Source: a bacterium (GTDB taxonomy: Bacteria > SZUA-182 > DTGQ01 > JAFGSM01). From it: a stretch of 27,400 nt of DNA. The stretch lies in contig JBLIRP010000053.1 of assembly GCA_049472355.1 (NCBI GenBank), positions 1-27,400 on the forward strand, written 5' to 3'. The notes beneath the pieces are model-generated. The model saw only the letters and a list, made by a program, of their open reading frames with translations, did not search any database and was not told the DNA's origin. This document shows positions 9,365 through 18,998 of the stretch, in pieces (within the stretch, counting starts at the first letter, position 1; the number at the start of each line of letters is the position of its first letter). A program made the translations under genes and the position numbers.

Positions 9365-11254
9365 TCAGGGAAACCCTCCATGCCCGCGATCGGGTTCCGG
9401 CCTTTCATTATGGGTGATCGGCAATTGGATGGTAAACCGGGTTCCCTTTTTGACCTCGCTTTCTATGCCAATCCTGCCCTTATGCATATCGATGATACTC
9501 TGGCACACGGAGAGTCCCAATCCGGTGCCAAGGTCCTTGGTGGAAAAAAGGGGCTCAAAAATCTTGTTCAGATTCTCTTGCGGGATCCCCTCCCCGGTGT
9601 CCAGGAAGGCGACCTCCACCCAACCGTCCTTCTCAGCCCCTGTTATCGTTAGTACGCCTCCGGCAGGCATGGCCTGAATTGCGTTCACGATGATGTTGGA
9701 AAAGACCTGCCTGAGCTGGATCGCATCCGCCATGATAGGGGGCAGACCGTTTTGCATGTCCATGCGCACCTGTATGGTACGAGGCACATGCACCTTGGCC
9801 AGGGATTCATTTATGACGTCCCCGATAGTGACCCTGGACAACTGGGGCCTTTTAACCTTGCTAAAGGTGAGGATATCACTGATGATCCTGGTCGAAATAT
9901 TGATCTCCTCCTCAATGATATCGAGATGCTTCTTGATCTTTTCATCCTGTATATGATCCAGTTTCCTTTTAAGGAAATAGACGGAGTTTGAAATGGCGCC
10001 GAGAGGATTCCGCAGCTCATGTCCCAGCGTCCCGCTCAGCTTGCCCAGGACAGCCAGTTTTTCCGAGCGTACCAGCCGTTCCTGGGTCTCCTTGAGCTCC
10101 GTTATATCCGTAAACACCTCAATGATGCCGATGGTGTTTCCTTCCATGTCCTTGTATGGCGATGCCATGAGCCTGCAGAATATCCTTGTCCCGTCAACCC
10201 GCTCCTTTACCACTTCCGTGTCAATAAGCTCCTTGCCATCCATTATCTGCCTGAGGGTGCATTGTTCGCTGTCGCACTGCGCACCCCTCATCTGGTCATA
10301 GCACTTCATCCGTATACCGTTTTTCTTGGCCACCCCTGATACCTTGGCCATGGCCTCATTTTCACTCAGGATATTGAAATCCGTATCAATCACCCTGATG
10401 CCGCTCGGTGAGCCGTTGTAGATCTGGTTTAATTCAATCGCCTTTTTCTTCTCAACCGCTGCCGTGGCCTCTGCCGCAGCCAAGGCATTCGTTTTTTGCA
10501 TAAATTCCTTCAGGTCCCTGACCATTGTATTGAAGCTTTTTGCCAGGTCCCCAATCTCATCACGTGTCTTAATCTCTATCGTGGTATCAAGGTCGCCTTG
10601 TGCAATCATGCTCGATGCATGGGTCAGCGTGCGTATGGAGGTGCTGATGCTCTTCGAGATCACGATGGCTATCGCAAGGCTGATAATCATGGCAAGAAAC
10701 ACCACGACGGCCACTGCAACCAATGAAATTCTCCCGGTTGCCTCATATTCCCTTTTTGCCTCAGCTATCTTTTTCATCGATAGATTCAACAGTTCCTCTA
10801 TTTTGTCCTGCAGCTCTTCAATAGCCGGCCCTGTCTCTTCCACATATACCCTTTTTGCCTGCTCGATCGCCCCGGCATCGCACAAATCCCGAATCCTGGT
10901 TGCCGAATGATGAAGCCTGCTGTGCGGTTCCTCCATAGATGCATGAATCTTCATCAATGCAGGATCATCCGAGCGAAAGGTATAATACCATCTTCCGAAA
11001 TCACACATGGAAGGGTCCAATTCACCCTCGAATGACTTCCCCAACAGGATCTTGTCGGACAACTCGATGACCCAGCGAAGGTGGTCTCCGATCTTCTCAT
11101 CCAGAAACATATCGAGTTCCAGATTCTCGATCAACGTATCACTGGCCCTGTTCATCCGGGCGATGGAAGAGAAGACAACAATGCTTAACACGATCATCAA
11201 CGCCAGAATGATGCAGAAGCCCCCGATCAGTTTCTTACCGATGGTCATTCTCAT
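9365..11254 (-). CDS. Membrane sensor histidine kinase (TM-CZB-TM-HAMP-PAS-HisKA-HATPase)
   Basis: DHLRW...CDFGRW...PHSRLH CZB motif; DEIGDLAKSFNTM HAMP; PAS with KCY/C..EQC; HELRNPL H-box; N, DTGEGI, FEPLFSTK and GTGLGL boxes. Confidence 0.93.
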   Translation of the reverse strand: MRMTIGKKLIGGFCIILALMIVLSIVVFSSIARMNRASDTLIENLELDMFLDEKIGDHLRWVIELSDKILLGKSFEGELDPSMCDFGRWYYTFRSDDPALMKIHASMEEPHSRLHHSATRIRDLCDAGAIEQAKRVYVEETGPAIEELQDKIEELLNLSMKKIAEAKREYEATGRISLVAVAVVVFLAMIISLAIAIVISKSISTSIRTLTHASSMIAQGDLDTTIEIKTRDEIGDLAKSFNTMVRDLKEFMQKTNALAAAEATAAVEKKKAIELNQIYNGSPSGIRVIDTDFNILSENEAMAKVSGVAKKNGIRMKCYDQMRGAQCDSEQCTLRQIMDGKELIDTEVVKERVDGTRIFCRLMASPYKDMEGNTIGIIEVFTDITELKETQERLVRSEKLAVLGKLSGTLGHELRNPLGAISNSVYFLKRKLDHIQDEKIKKHLDIIEEEINISTRIISDILTFSKVKRPQLSRVTIGDVINESLAKVHVPRTIQVRMDMQNGLPPIMADAIQLRQVFSNIIVNAIQAMPAGGVLTITGAEKDGWVEVAFLDTGEGIPQENLNKIFEPLFSTKDLGTGLGLSVCQSIIDMHKGRIGIESEVKKGTRFTIQLPITHNERPEPDRGHGGFP

Positions 11255-11504
11255 TTTTTGCCCCGAGTGCCCTACTCCTCAACGATTCCTATGGGCGCTT
11301 CCCCTGCCCTGCGATCACCTCAAACCGGGAGGATCATCCAAAGGCCTCTCCTGATAAAACCATATCCGCCCGACTTAGTAATAATTATCCCGCATGAAGC
11401 ATACGCTCAATGTGAATATTTTAAAAAATCGGCAATGTAATTGATATGACATGACGTATTACGGCATCGTGAATAGCGCCGCAAGGCATACTGTGCCTAA
11501 ACAA

Positions 11505-11534
11505 ATTATACTGCCCGACATAAAATCGTGTCAA
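11505..11534 (-). promoter_or_regulatory. Putative sigma70 promoter of the histidine kinase
   Basis: Minus strand TTGACA-18 nt-TATAAT, about 250 nt upstream of the start codon. Confidence 0.5.
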
Positions 11535-11878
11535 TTTTGACAATAGATTTCGTGCATTATGAGAAATCCATGAAAGTTCCTTCGGGGGATCGCATGAATC
11601 AGCACCCCTTTAGGTTCCCCCTCACCTCTCCATGGAAGTAAAATCGATGCGCAGGGTGTTGCTCCGGGGATGATTGCAATTATCCATGGTTGGTGCTATA
11701 ACTGGTTGCCAATAAGGACCTGCGGCACGCTGTGCACTCTATACTAAAGAGACGCCGTTTCCTGTATGCGGTTACACCCTCGTTTTTCCAGGCGGCCACG
11801 TGTAATCGGACTGTTGCCCGGAATACGGGAAGACCTCACCGGCGCCATTCTGATCAATGAATTATCCGGAGGAAGGCC

Positions 11879-12604
11879 ATGCCTCATACCCTATCAGGCG
11901 CAAAGGATATCCCTCTCGACAAACGAATCATCTTCGCGCTGGATGTAGCATCCGTGGAGAAGGCAAAGGAGTGGGTTTCCCTGCTCAAACCCCATATACG
12001 CTTCTATAAGGTCGGATTACAGCTCTTCCTGGCAGGGTGGTTTCATATTGTGGATTGGATCATCGATCAGGACCTGGATGTCATGGTGGACCTGAAATTC
12101 TTCGATGTACCCCAAACCGTTGCCTCAGCAGTTGAACAGCTCCGGGACCGGCATGTCACCTTTGCTACGGTCCATGGAAACGATGCCATCCTCAAGGCCG
12201 CAGCCGAAACGCGGCACAACGTCAAAATCCTTGCGGTGACGGTGCTCACCAGCCTGGATGAGGCGGACCTGAAGGACCTGGGTTTTCAGTGCTCGGTGTC
12301 CGAGCTCGTACTGAGCAGGGCACGGCGTGCATTGGCCCTCGGTTGTGACGGGGTGGTCTCCTCAGGGCTGGAGGCCCCCAACCTGAGGAATGAACTGGGC
12401 AGCAATTTCCTGGTGGTTGTTCCCGGGGTCAGACCCCTCAAAAACCGGGAGGACGATCAGAAGAGGGTGGTCGACATCAGGGAGGCATTCATGAACGGGG
12501 CCGATTACGTGGTGGTCGGTCGCCCGATCCGAAATGCCCGCGACCCGGTACAGGAGGTCATACGCATGCAGCAGACCATCACGGAGACACTCCGCTCCTC
12601 GTAG
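11879..12604 (+). CDS. pyrF: Orotidine-5'-phosphate decarboxylase
   Basis: IFALD, YKVG, DLKFFDVPQTV, AVTVLTS, VPGVRP, DDQKR and VVGRPI motifs; GGAGG RBS. Confidence 0.97.
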   Translation: MPHTLSGAKDIPLDKRIIFALDVASVEKAKEWVSLLKPHIRFYKVGLQLFLAGWFHIVDWIIDQDLDVMVDLKFFDVPQTVASAVEQLRDRHVTFATVHGNDAILKAAAETRHNVKILAVTVLTSLDEADLKDLGFQCSVSELVLSRARRALALGCDGVVSSGLEAPNLRNELGSNFLVVVPGVRPLKNREDDQKRVVDIREAFMNGADYVVVGRPIRNARDPVQEVIRMQQTITETLRSS

Positions 12605-12945
12605 CACCCATCAGGAACCCCATACCCCTCTCTGCCGGCACGAAAATCGCCATGCCCCTGCTCTCCGGCATCCGAGGGATTTTCTCCCTTCCTTCACATG
12701 GCTGAAGGGCCCATGTCCTCAAACGCCATCCTTCACGAATCGCGCTGTGCCAACAGATCCCTGGCGAGGGGATGCACATGCCGAAAACTGAGGACATCGA
12801 GGATAGCGAAAACGAGGACACGAGGATATCGAAAACTTGCAAAAAAACGCGGCTACATGCATAATACTGCGCTTATATACCACCCGGTATACGTCTCGGT
12901 GATGATAGTGAAGGGATGCATCAGTTCTCCAATGAGAGGAAAGCG

Positions 12946-13563
12946 ATGTGTGCCATGGAAGTAATCAGGGTTGATGATCTTTGCGGGCAGGTCCTCGCTA
13001 TGCTTACGATTGCGGAGATGCATGCACTCGGATTCAGCCGCCACATCGGCCTTGCCTGCCCCCCAGGCTGCAGTGATTGCTGCCGAAATGACAAGCCGGA
13101 GGACTCCGTGCTCTCCGCCCTGCCGGCAGGGCTCTGGGCGGTGGACTGCGGGTTGCTGGAACTTTTGGAACAGGCGGCATCCGAGCGACCCCTTGGCCCA
13201 TGCGTATTCTATAACCAATCCATGGATAGGCCGTGCTCCATCTATCCCCTCAGGCCGCTCATCTGCCGGCTTTTCGGCTTTGCCGGAAAGAGGGATAAAC
13301 ATGGCACGGTGCAGTACCGCCCCTGTTCACGCATGACGAGACCGCTTCTGGTGATACAGGAAACGCCCCCGGTTTTCAGCGATCATGCCACCCGCATCGA
13401 GTTTCTGTATCCGCCCCTGGGCAGGGAACGCCGCCCCCTGAACGTGGCCTTCTACAAGGCTGCCCAGTGGATACTTCTACGCCGTCAGTACGATCCTGAA
13501 GATCCCCAAAACGATCATCCACCGGTCTGCCGGCCCCCCCGAAGCCTGCCGCGGGCGGCTTAG
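12946..13563 (+). CDS. YkgJ/CxxCxxCC family cysteine-cluster (Fe-S or Zn) protein
   Basis: CPPGCSDCC...CVF...CSIYPLRPLICRLFG...C pattern. Start uncertain (12916, 12946 or 12955); GAGG precedes 12946. Confidence 0.85.
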   Translation: MCAMEVIRVDDLCGQVLAMLTIAEMHALGFSRHIGLACPPGCSDCCRNDKPEDSVLSALPAGLWAVDCGLLELLEQAASERPLGPCVFYNQSMDRPCSIYPLRPLICRLFGFAGKRDKHGTVQYRPCSRMTRPLLVIQETPPVFSDHATRIEFLYPPLGRERRPLNVAFYKAAQWILLRRQYDPEDPQNDHPPVCRPPRSLPRAA

Positions 13564-14135
13564 CGAAGCACGGTGATCAGGCATCCCACCTGGAGATACC
13601 CCCGGGAGCCGTCCCACAGGAAGAGGTCCCCCCAAAGGCACCCCCTGCCGCTTTGCCTGGCATCCTCCTCAGCAGCCTCCAGGCGGCTGGCATAATTGTC
13701 ATCCGGCTGCCGGGTGATGGCCCATGCATATCCCTCACTCACCATCACGCCATTCACAAAGGTGTCACCGATAAAGGCATAGCGCAGGAGTCTGTCGTAC
13801 TCGTCGGTCTCGGTGGTATCCCTCTCGAGAAACACGGTCTTGCCCAGGATCAGTGAGGTGAGTCTCTGCCTGGCCTGCTCCGCGCAGAACTCGCCATGGT
13901 CGGGCGCATCGATCCCTATCAACCGCACCCTTTTCCTGCCCGCAATGATGAAGGTATCACCATCAACGATCTCCTCCACCATGTAAGACCCGTCCGGATA
14001 TCCACCCTGCCCCCTGGCACAGGGAACCACCGATGCAATGAGAAGGAGCATGAGCAGTGCGCATACAAGCCGTTGAACAGTATGGGAATGAAAGCGGTCC
14101 ATCCCCCCTGTCTGTCCGATCCATGGATTCCCCAT
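13560..14135 (-). CDS. Thermonuclease (SNase) family exported nuclease
   Basis: IVDGDT, VRLIGIDAP, DEYDRLLRY and VSEGYA motifs; N-terminal hydrophobic segment. Start uncertain. Confidence 0.92.
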   Translation of the reverse strand: MGNPWIGQTGGMDRFHSHTVQRLVCALLMLLLIASVVPCARGQGGYPDGSYMVEEIVDGDTFIIAGRKRVRLIGIDAPDHGEFCAEQARQRLTSLILGKTVFLERDTTETDEYDRLLRYAFIGDTFVNGVMVSEGYAWAITRQPDDNYASRLEAAEEDARQSGRGCLWGDLFLWDGSRGYLQVGCLITVLR

Positions 14136-14490
14136 GATTACCTGCCTGTGTTCTCCATTATTGCCCTCGCCTTATAGTATACAGTAATTGCCCCATACAT
14201 GGTGTGCGATAGGGCGCTGATCATTACATCATGCAAAAATAACACCATAGTGCACGATGCGGCATGAGGGGGGTGCATTGGGTCCGCTCATGCAGGACAT
14301 ACAAAAGCCGATGGCCGAAAAGGCAATGAACGGAGTGAGCGAACCATGCCCGGTGTGATGTTTCGAAACGGCGCACAGGTATTGCACCCCGATTGGGGCG
14401 TTTTGATGTTCGGTGGATTCCGTTGAGGGCGGGTCTTGAGAAACCCGATTTTAAGGGAATGCCATCGCAGCGGGAGCCGCAGGAAGGGGG

Positions 14491-15381
14491 CTATCCCTCC
14501 CGCTCCGTATCGAAGAGTCTGGTCAGATGATCATGGCGGTAGAAGAGTCTGGTCTCCTTCATGTTGGCATCAAGCACCACGGTGACATTGCCGTCCGTCC
14601 AGATAAGGTTCCCTGATTGCATATCCTTATGTTTGGGTTTCCCGTATTTGTACATCAGGACATGCTTTGCCCTTTCGGAGACATCCATCTGGGGCCACAC
14701 CAATTCGATCTTATAAAGCCGGAGGGATTTGGGGGTGAAATAAAACCCGATGGTGCATTCATGGCCGAATAATTCCTTCAGCCGTGTACGGACATCTTCG
14801 CTATCCGTGTCAAACGAATATCCCTCTTCCTTTAATTGTTGCAGGATATCCTCCTTGGAGGAGCCCAATTGAAACGACCTGAATTGCAGAACGGTATTCG
14901 CTTCGGCAGGCAACTTCTCGATCGTGGAAACGTACCTTTCGGTGATCCATCCCGATGTACCGTCAGGGAGGGTGACCCGCACCCACCCATTGAGGCTCTT
15001 TATCTGCATTAATTCATCATTCTTTTTAACGCTTGTTACAATGGAATAATTGACCCCGGGGCCCTTGCGGACATTTACCTTATCCGCGATGACATACACC
15101 GTTTCCGAGGGGGGATTCTGCCTCGCTGACGAGATGAGCCTTTCATGGATCCACCCTGTTTCGCCATCCGGGAGGATGACCCGCGCCCACCCATTGAGGC
15201 TCTTGAGAAGTTCGAGCTCATCACCCATGCGGGCGGTCCTGATAATGGCGTGCCTCGTGCTCGGACCCGAACGGATGTTCACCATTTGGCCGGAGACGAA
15301 CACCTTTTCGGCCATGACCCCGGCAGCCCCCAGCATGATCATAAGGGCGGTCAAAAGGGGAAGGAACCTCTTCATTTCCAT
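14491..15381 (-). CDS. Secreted protein with two SH3b domains and an unknown C-terminal domain
   Basis: Signal peptide ending VMA; two repeats VNIRSGP...NGWARV.LPDG..GWI and VNVRKGP...NGWVRV.LPDG..GWI. Confidence 0.88.
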   Translation of the reverse strand: MEMKRFLPLLTALMIMLGAAGVMAEKVFVSGQMVNIRSGPSTRHAIIRTARMGDELELLKSLNGWARVILPDGETGWIHERLISSARQNPPSETVYVIADKVNVRKGPGVNYSIVTSVKKNDELMQIKSLNGWVRVTLPDGTSGWITERYVSTIEKLPAEANTVLQFRSFQLGSSKEDILQQLKEEGYSFDTDSEDVRTRLKELFGHECTIGFYFTPKSLRLYKIELVWPQMDVSERAKHVLMYKYGKPKHKDMQSGNLIWTDGNVTVVLDANMKETRLFYRHDHLTRLFDTEREG

Positions 15382-15644
15382 ACCTTTTTTCTCCCTGCAC
15401 CGGTCAATGATCGGATCTACCGCAACGTGGTCACCTGTACCGAACCATGTATCACGGCGGCTTGATGAAGGATTTATTGATTAGCATACCACTACTATCG
15501 GGACGATGTAAACCCGTGGAATTCGAAGATGTGCCTTTCTCTCTCGCACATCATTGATTGTTTCCGTCAATGGTGATAATGATAATACGCAACAAACAGC
15601 ACACAAGAAAACGGGGGGGCAACCACTACGATAAGGAGGATACA

Positions 15645-16106
15645 ATGAGTATGATTCCGGCAAGGATCGGTGCAGTGACATTGGCAGTCATTCTGTTGTG
15701 GGGATGCGCCCCCCAGGGCGCCGTGAGGGAGCGTGAATATCCACGGGGGGCCGACAAGATCGAGCTATTCTCCGGTCCCCCGGAAAAGGCCTACAGGGTC
15801 ATAGACACCGTCAGCGCACAGGTATTTCTCTCTGATTTTGCCGGCATCCGTGAGGCCCAGAAGGCGGCCCTGAGGATGATCAGGGACCGGGCTAACGAAC
15901 TCGGCAGCGACGGGATTTTCGAGGTTTTCCTCGAGCTTCGTGATGGGGACAACGTCATCTCCTCGACCCTCTTGACCCCTTCATCAACGTTAGACCAAAC
16001 GGTGATCGAATCGACCCTGGGCAGCGGGTGCGTCCTGTCCCCTTCCCTGCATGTCAAGGGAAAGGCATTCCGGTTCAAAGGGAACAAGGAAATCCCGAAC
16101 CTGTGA
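15645..16106 (+). CDS. Putative lipoprotein, YbjQ-like fold
   Basis: AAGGAGG RBS before ATG 15645; lipobox LWGC; P..Y.VI..V...RANELGSDGI...KGKAFR pattern recalls YbjQ-like domains. Confidence 0.7.
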   Translation: MSMIPARIGAVTLAVILLWGCAPQGAVREREYPRGADKIELFSGPPEKAYRVIDTVSAQVFLSDFAGIREAQKAALRMIRDRANELGSDGIFEVFLELRDGDNVISSTLLTPSSTLDQTVIESTLGSGCVLSPSLHVKGKAFRFKGNKEIPNL

Positions 16107-16176
16107 CCGGATTCCGGGGCAGATAGCGGAATGCAGGATCACCTCTCCGAGGGCTCGGGGCAGGGATATGCTCAAT

Positions 16177-16205
16177 AAAAAAGCCCGCCCGGGCGAGCAG
16201 GCGGG
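16177..16205 (-). terminator. Rho-independent terminator
   Basis: Minus strand CCCGCCTG-CTCGCC-CGGGCGGG followed by CTTTTTT. Confidence 0.8.
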
Positions 16206-16250
16206 TCCATGGATCCGTGAAGGAGGTGTTGGTTAATACCGCGAGGTACA
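16177..16250 (-). ncRNA. Candidate small regulatory RNA with an anti-SD segment
   Basis: Bounded by a promoter (16256-16284) and an intrinsic terminator; contains a 5' hairpin and CACCTCCTT; no complete ORF. Confidence 0.6.
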
Positions 16251-16255
16251 TTATT

Positions 16256-16284
16256 AATCTAATCCCCATGGAACCGGTTGTCAA
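16256..16284 (-). promoter_or_regulatory. Sigma70-type promoter of the candidate sRNA
   Basis: Minus strand TTGACA-17 nt-TAGATT. Confidence 0.65.
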
Positions 16285-16376
16285 AATCCTCGCTGCATCC
16301 CCCGGATTCGCGGTATTTTTAGATGCCCATTGAGGAAGAGCCGCACCATGCGGTGCGACGGGTGTGGGGTGATGAC

Positions 16377-18998
16377 TTACATCTGCTTGACCAGCTTGCC
16401 CTTGATATCTGCGTAGCCCTTATCGAGCTTGAGCATGCGCTTGAAAATCGCCAGACAGATGTACGCCATCAATCGAAAGGCCAACTCGGACCTGGTATCC
16501 AGAAAGTCTATGAAATCATGCTTTCGGACAAAGGCAACCCTGGTCGGGACGAGGGTCACGACACTCGCCGACCTCGGCTTGTTGTCGATGAGCGCCATCT
16601 CACCGAAGATCTCTTCGCTGCACAATTCCCCGAATCGTATCTCTTTCCCGGTGGAGGAAAGGGTGGAGACCTTCACCCTTCCATCAAGGATGAAGTAGAC
16701 GCGGTCACCCGCTTCTCCTTCGGACACGATAACCTGACCGGGGCCGAATGCCTGCTCGTCCTTGAATACCATCCGCGCCTCTTCCTGGGAAAGGGGTGGG
16801 ATGAGCTCCATCTTGACCACGCACTCGGCGGGGATGTCCTCGATCTGGGGTATCGTGGTGTCATCCCCTTCCAGGAGCAGGTATATGGAATCGACTGCTG
16901 TCTTGTATTTGTCGTTGATATTCCGTAACCGCTCCGGCAGGATGTTGTAAAGGCGATAGATGAGGTCGTAGGAATAGGGCTGGCTCCTCCGTAAGAGATT
17001 GATGAACCCCTTGCGGTTAAGGATCCCGACCTTGGTTTTCTCCCTGACCGCCTTGACGGTGGCCGATCGTTTGACATTATAGAAAAGGCTGATCTCCCCA
17101 AAAATTTCCCCGGGCCCCAGCGTGGCCACATGGGTGCCCTTGACCATGACATTGACCTCCCCCTCCTTGACGAAATACATCTCATGGCCTATGGTGCCCT
17201 GACGGCAGATGATCTCGTCCTTGCGGTAGGTCCTGGATTCGATAAAAATCTGATTCAGGTGTTCGCTGTTTATGGTCCCGAACAGTGCCCCGTTGATATT
17301 CTGGCAGACCGAATCCAGTTTGTTTTTCTGGATGGCGCCGCTGTCGTTTTGAACCGGCAGAAGCAGGTCATCCATATACCGGATGAGATGGGTCTTCATC
17401 TTTTGCGGCATCTTCATGAAATCATGCGATATCTTTTTTGCGTCCTCAACGGAGAGGTATTTCCGGTCCTGAAGCTTGCGATAGAAAAGGTATTCCCGGA
17501 GTGAATCGGTCCCTTGCAGCCCGGCCAGGAACAAATAGGCACGCTCCTTCAAAACCGCCGGCGTAATGAGCTCTTCAAATCGGCGGGAGGAGAACTGCTC
17601 CTCACCTTTTACGATATACTCATCGAGGTTTTTATCCAGATGATCCGTCTGTGCCTTATGGATCAGGGAAATGTCATCAGAGGAGAGGGGCTTGATCTGC
17701 TCGGCCACTGTGTCAAACCGAAGCCCCATGCTGCGAAGGAGCTTGATGATCGCCTCATTATTGATGCCGAGACCCGCCACATTGCTGTGAACATCCGCGC
17801 TGTAGGTGGGAGGGCTGAAAAGCAGGTTCCCATAGTTGTCGGTGGCATGAACGCGGAGGAACACCCCCTTATCCAGACACCAGCGCCCGATCCTTTCCGC
17901 CGCCACCAGGGGATCTTCCCCTTCGATGTTCAGGTGCCCGACATCGAGGGTGATGCCGAAGTTTTTCTTTCTTACCTCGTTCGGAAGGGAATTGTAAATC
18001 TCGTCAATACATTCGATGAAGTAATGGGCCTCCTGTTTCTTCTCGGTCAGGCAATAGTTTTCCACCGTTACCCGCACATCGCTGCCCTCGGCCGCCATAA
18101 CCAGCTCTGTCACGCCTTTCAGGTTCGAGGTATCGATCAGGTGAACAACCACGGACCCGGCGCCGATGTCCCGTGCCAATTGGAGATTCTCACATTGAAG
18201 GTCGAAGCACTGCAAAGGATTGTGAAAAAGCTGTTTCCCGGTACGCGGATTGGGACTCGGATAATAGGGGCCTACAATAGGGCTGTGGATATCGAGTCTT
18301 ATCCCGGTTGTGCGGACCGCATCCCGTATCCGCTCCCGTTTCTCCTCGCTCAATTCCTCGGGAAGCAGCTTGGTGTAGTTGAACGGGTGGAAATCAATGG
18401 CAATCTCGATACCCTCGATATTCTCATTCATGACCTGCTCCATGAGCAGGAGCGGGTCGAAAATCTGTTTTTCCCAGAAGGAGGCTGCCATCACCCGATA
18501 GGGATTGTTCATTACACCCCGGCGCTCCAGGGAAACATCCTTGCTGAAAAACTGCTTATCGTATTCCTTGGCAAACTTCATGATGTATGCGTCGAGGTCC
18601 TCGGGCTTATATTCATTGAAGAAAAAGAAATAGGGCGCATGCTCATAGAGCCAGGACGCCTTGATCAGGAAAAACGGCGATTCGGCAAGTTTCTTGAGGG
18701 ATGATGCCCTTTTGTCATGTTTCACGAGCCGCAGGATGTGGGAGAGGGTGCCGGTTGCAATGGTATACCCGTATTTGATCATCGATTTGTACTGGGCAAG
18801 GAGCATCAATGCCTCGTTTTTTGCGAGGCCCATGCCGTTCAGACGCGACAGGCAGGAGCGGCAAAAAAAATCCCTCTCCTTGAGGCTTTCATCGAGCACC
18901 GCCACCAACTCATCAACAGCGAGGGGTTTCTTCTCCTTGAGGGCGTTAATGCACTCCATTGTCTCTTCGATCCCGTTGATCATAAGCAGCCTGTTCAA
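16377..18998 (-). CDS. AP-endonuclease-2/xylose-isomerase-like TIM barrel fused to two cyclic-nucleotide-binding domains
   Basis: DIH, VVVH, VEN, LDVGH, VHATDN, DVH and AEQ metal motifs; two CNB cassettes FGEISLFYNVKRSA and FGEMALIDNKPRSA. TTG 18998 chosen because GGAGG lies 7 nt upstream (alternatives 19013, 18983). Confidence 0.85.
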   Translation of the reverse strand: MNRLLMINGIEETMECINALKEKKPLAVDELVAVLDESLKERDFFCRSCLSRLNGMGLAKNEALMLLAQYKSMIKYGYTIATGTLSHILRLVKHDKRASSLKKLAESPFFLIKASWLYEHAPYFFFFNEYKPEDLDAYIMKFAKEYDKQFFSKDVSLERRGVMNNPYRVMAASFWEKQIFDPLLLMEQVMNENIEGIEIAIDFHPFNYTKLLPEELSEEKRERIRDAVRTTGIRLDIHSPIVGPYYPSPNPRTGKQLFHNPLQCFDLQCENLQLARDIGAGSVVVHLIDTSNLKGVTELVMAAEGSDVRVTVENYCLTEKKQEAHYFIECIDEIYNSLPNEVRKKNFGITLDVGHLNIEGEDPLVAAERIGRWCLDKGVFLRVHATDNYGNLLFSPPTYSADVHSNVAGLGINNEAIIKLLRSMGLRFDTVAEQIKPLSSDDISLIHKAQTDHLDKNLDEYIVKGEEQFSSRRFEELITPAVLKERAYLFLAGLQGTDSLREYLFYRKLQDRKYLSVEDAKKISHDFMKMPQKMKTHLIRYMDDLLLPVQNDSGAIQKNKLDSVCQNINGALFGTINSEHLNQIFIESRTYRKDEIICRQGTIGHEMYFVKEGEVNVMVKGTHVATLGPGEIFGEISLFYNVKRSATVKAVREKTKVGILNRKGFINLLRRSQPYSYDLIYRLYNILPERLRNINDKYKTAVDSIYLLLEGDDTTIPQIEDIPAECVVKMELIPPLSQEEARMVFKDEQAFGPGQVIVSEGEAGDRVYFILDGRVKVSTLSSTGKEIRFGELCSEEIFGEMALIDNKPRSASVVTLVPTRVAFVRKHDFIDFLDTRSELAFRLMAYICLAIFKRMLKLDKGYADIKGKLVKQM

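Noticed and set aside
12782..12837. Imperfect ~24-bp tandem repeat (CGAAAAC.GAGGACA.CGAGGATA) within a 28-codon ORF
   Set aside because: Only about two degenerate copies with no spacers; not CRISPR, and no support for function.
14370..14387. Sigma54-like promoter GCGCAC-N5-TTGCA
   Set aside because: Lacks the invariant -24 GG, and no plus-strand gene follows.
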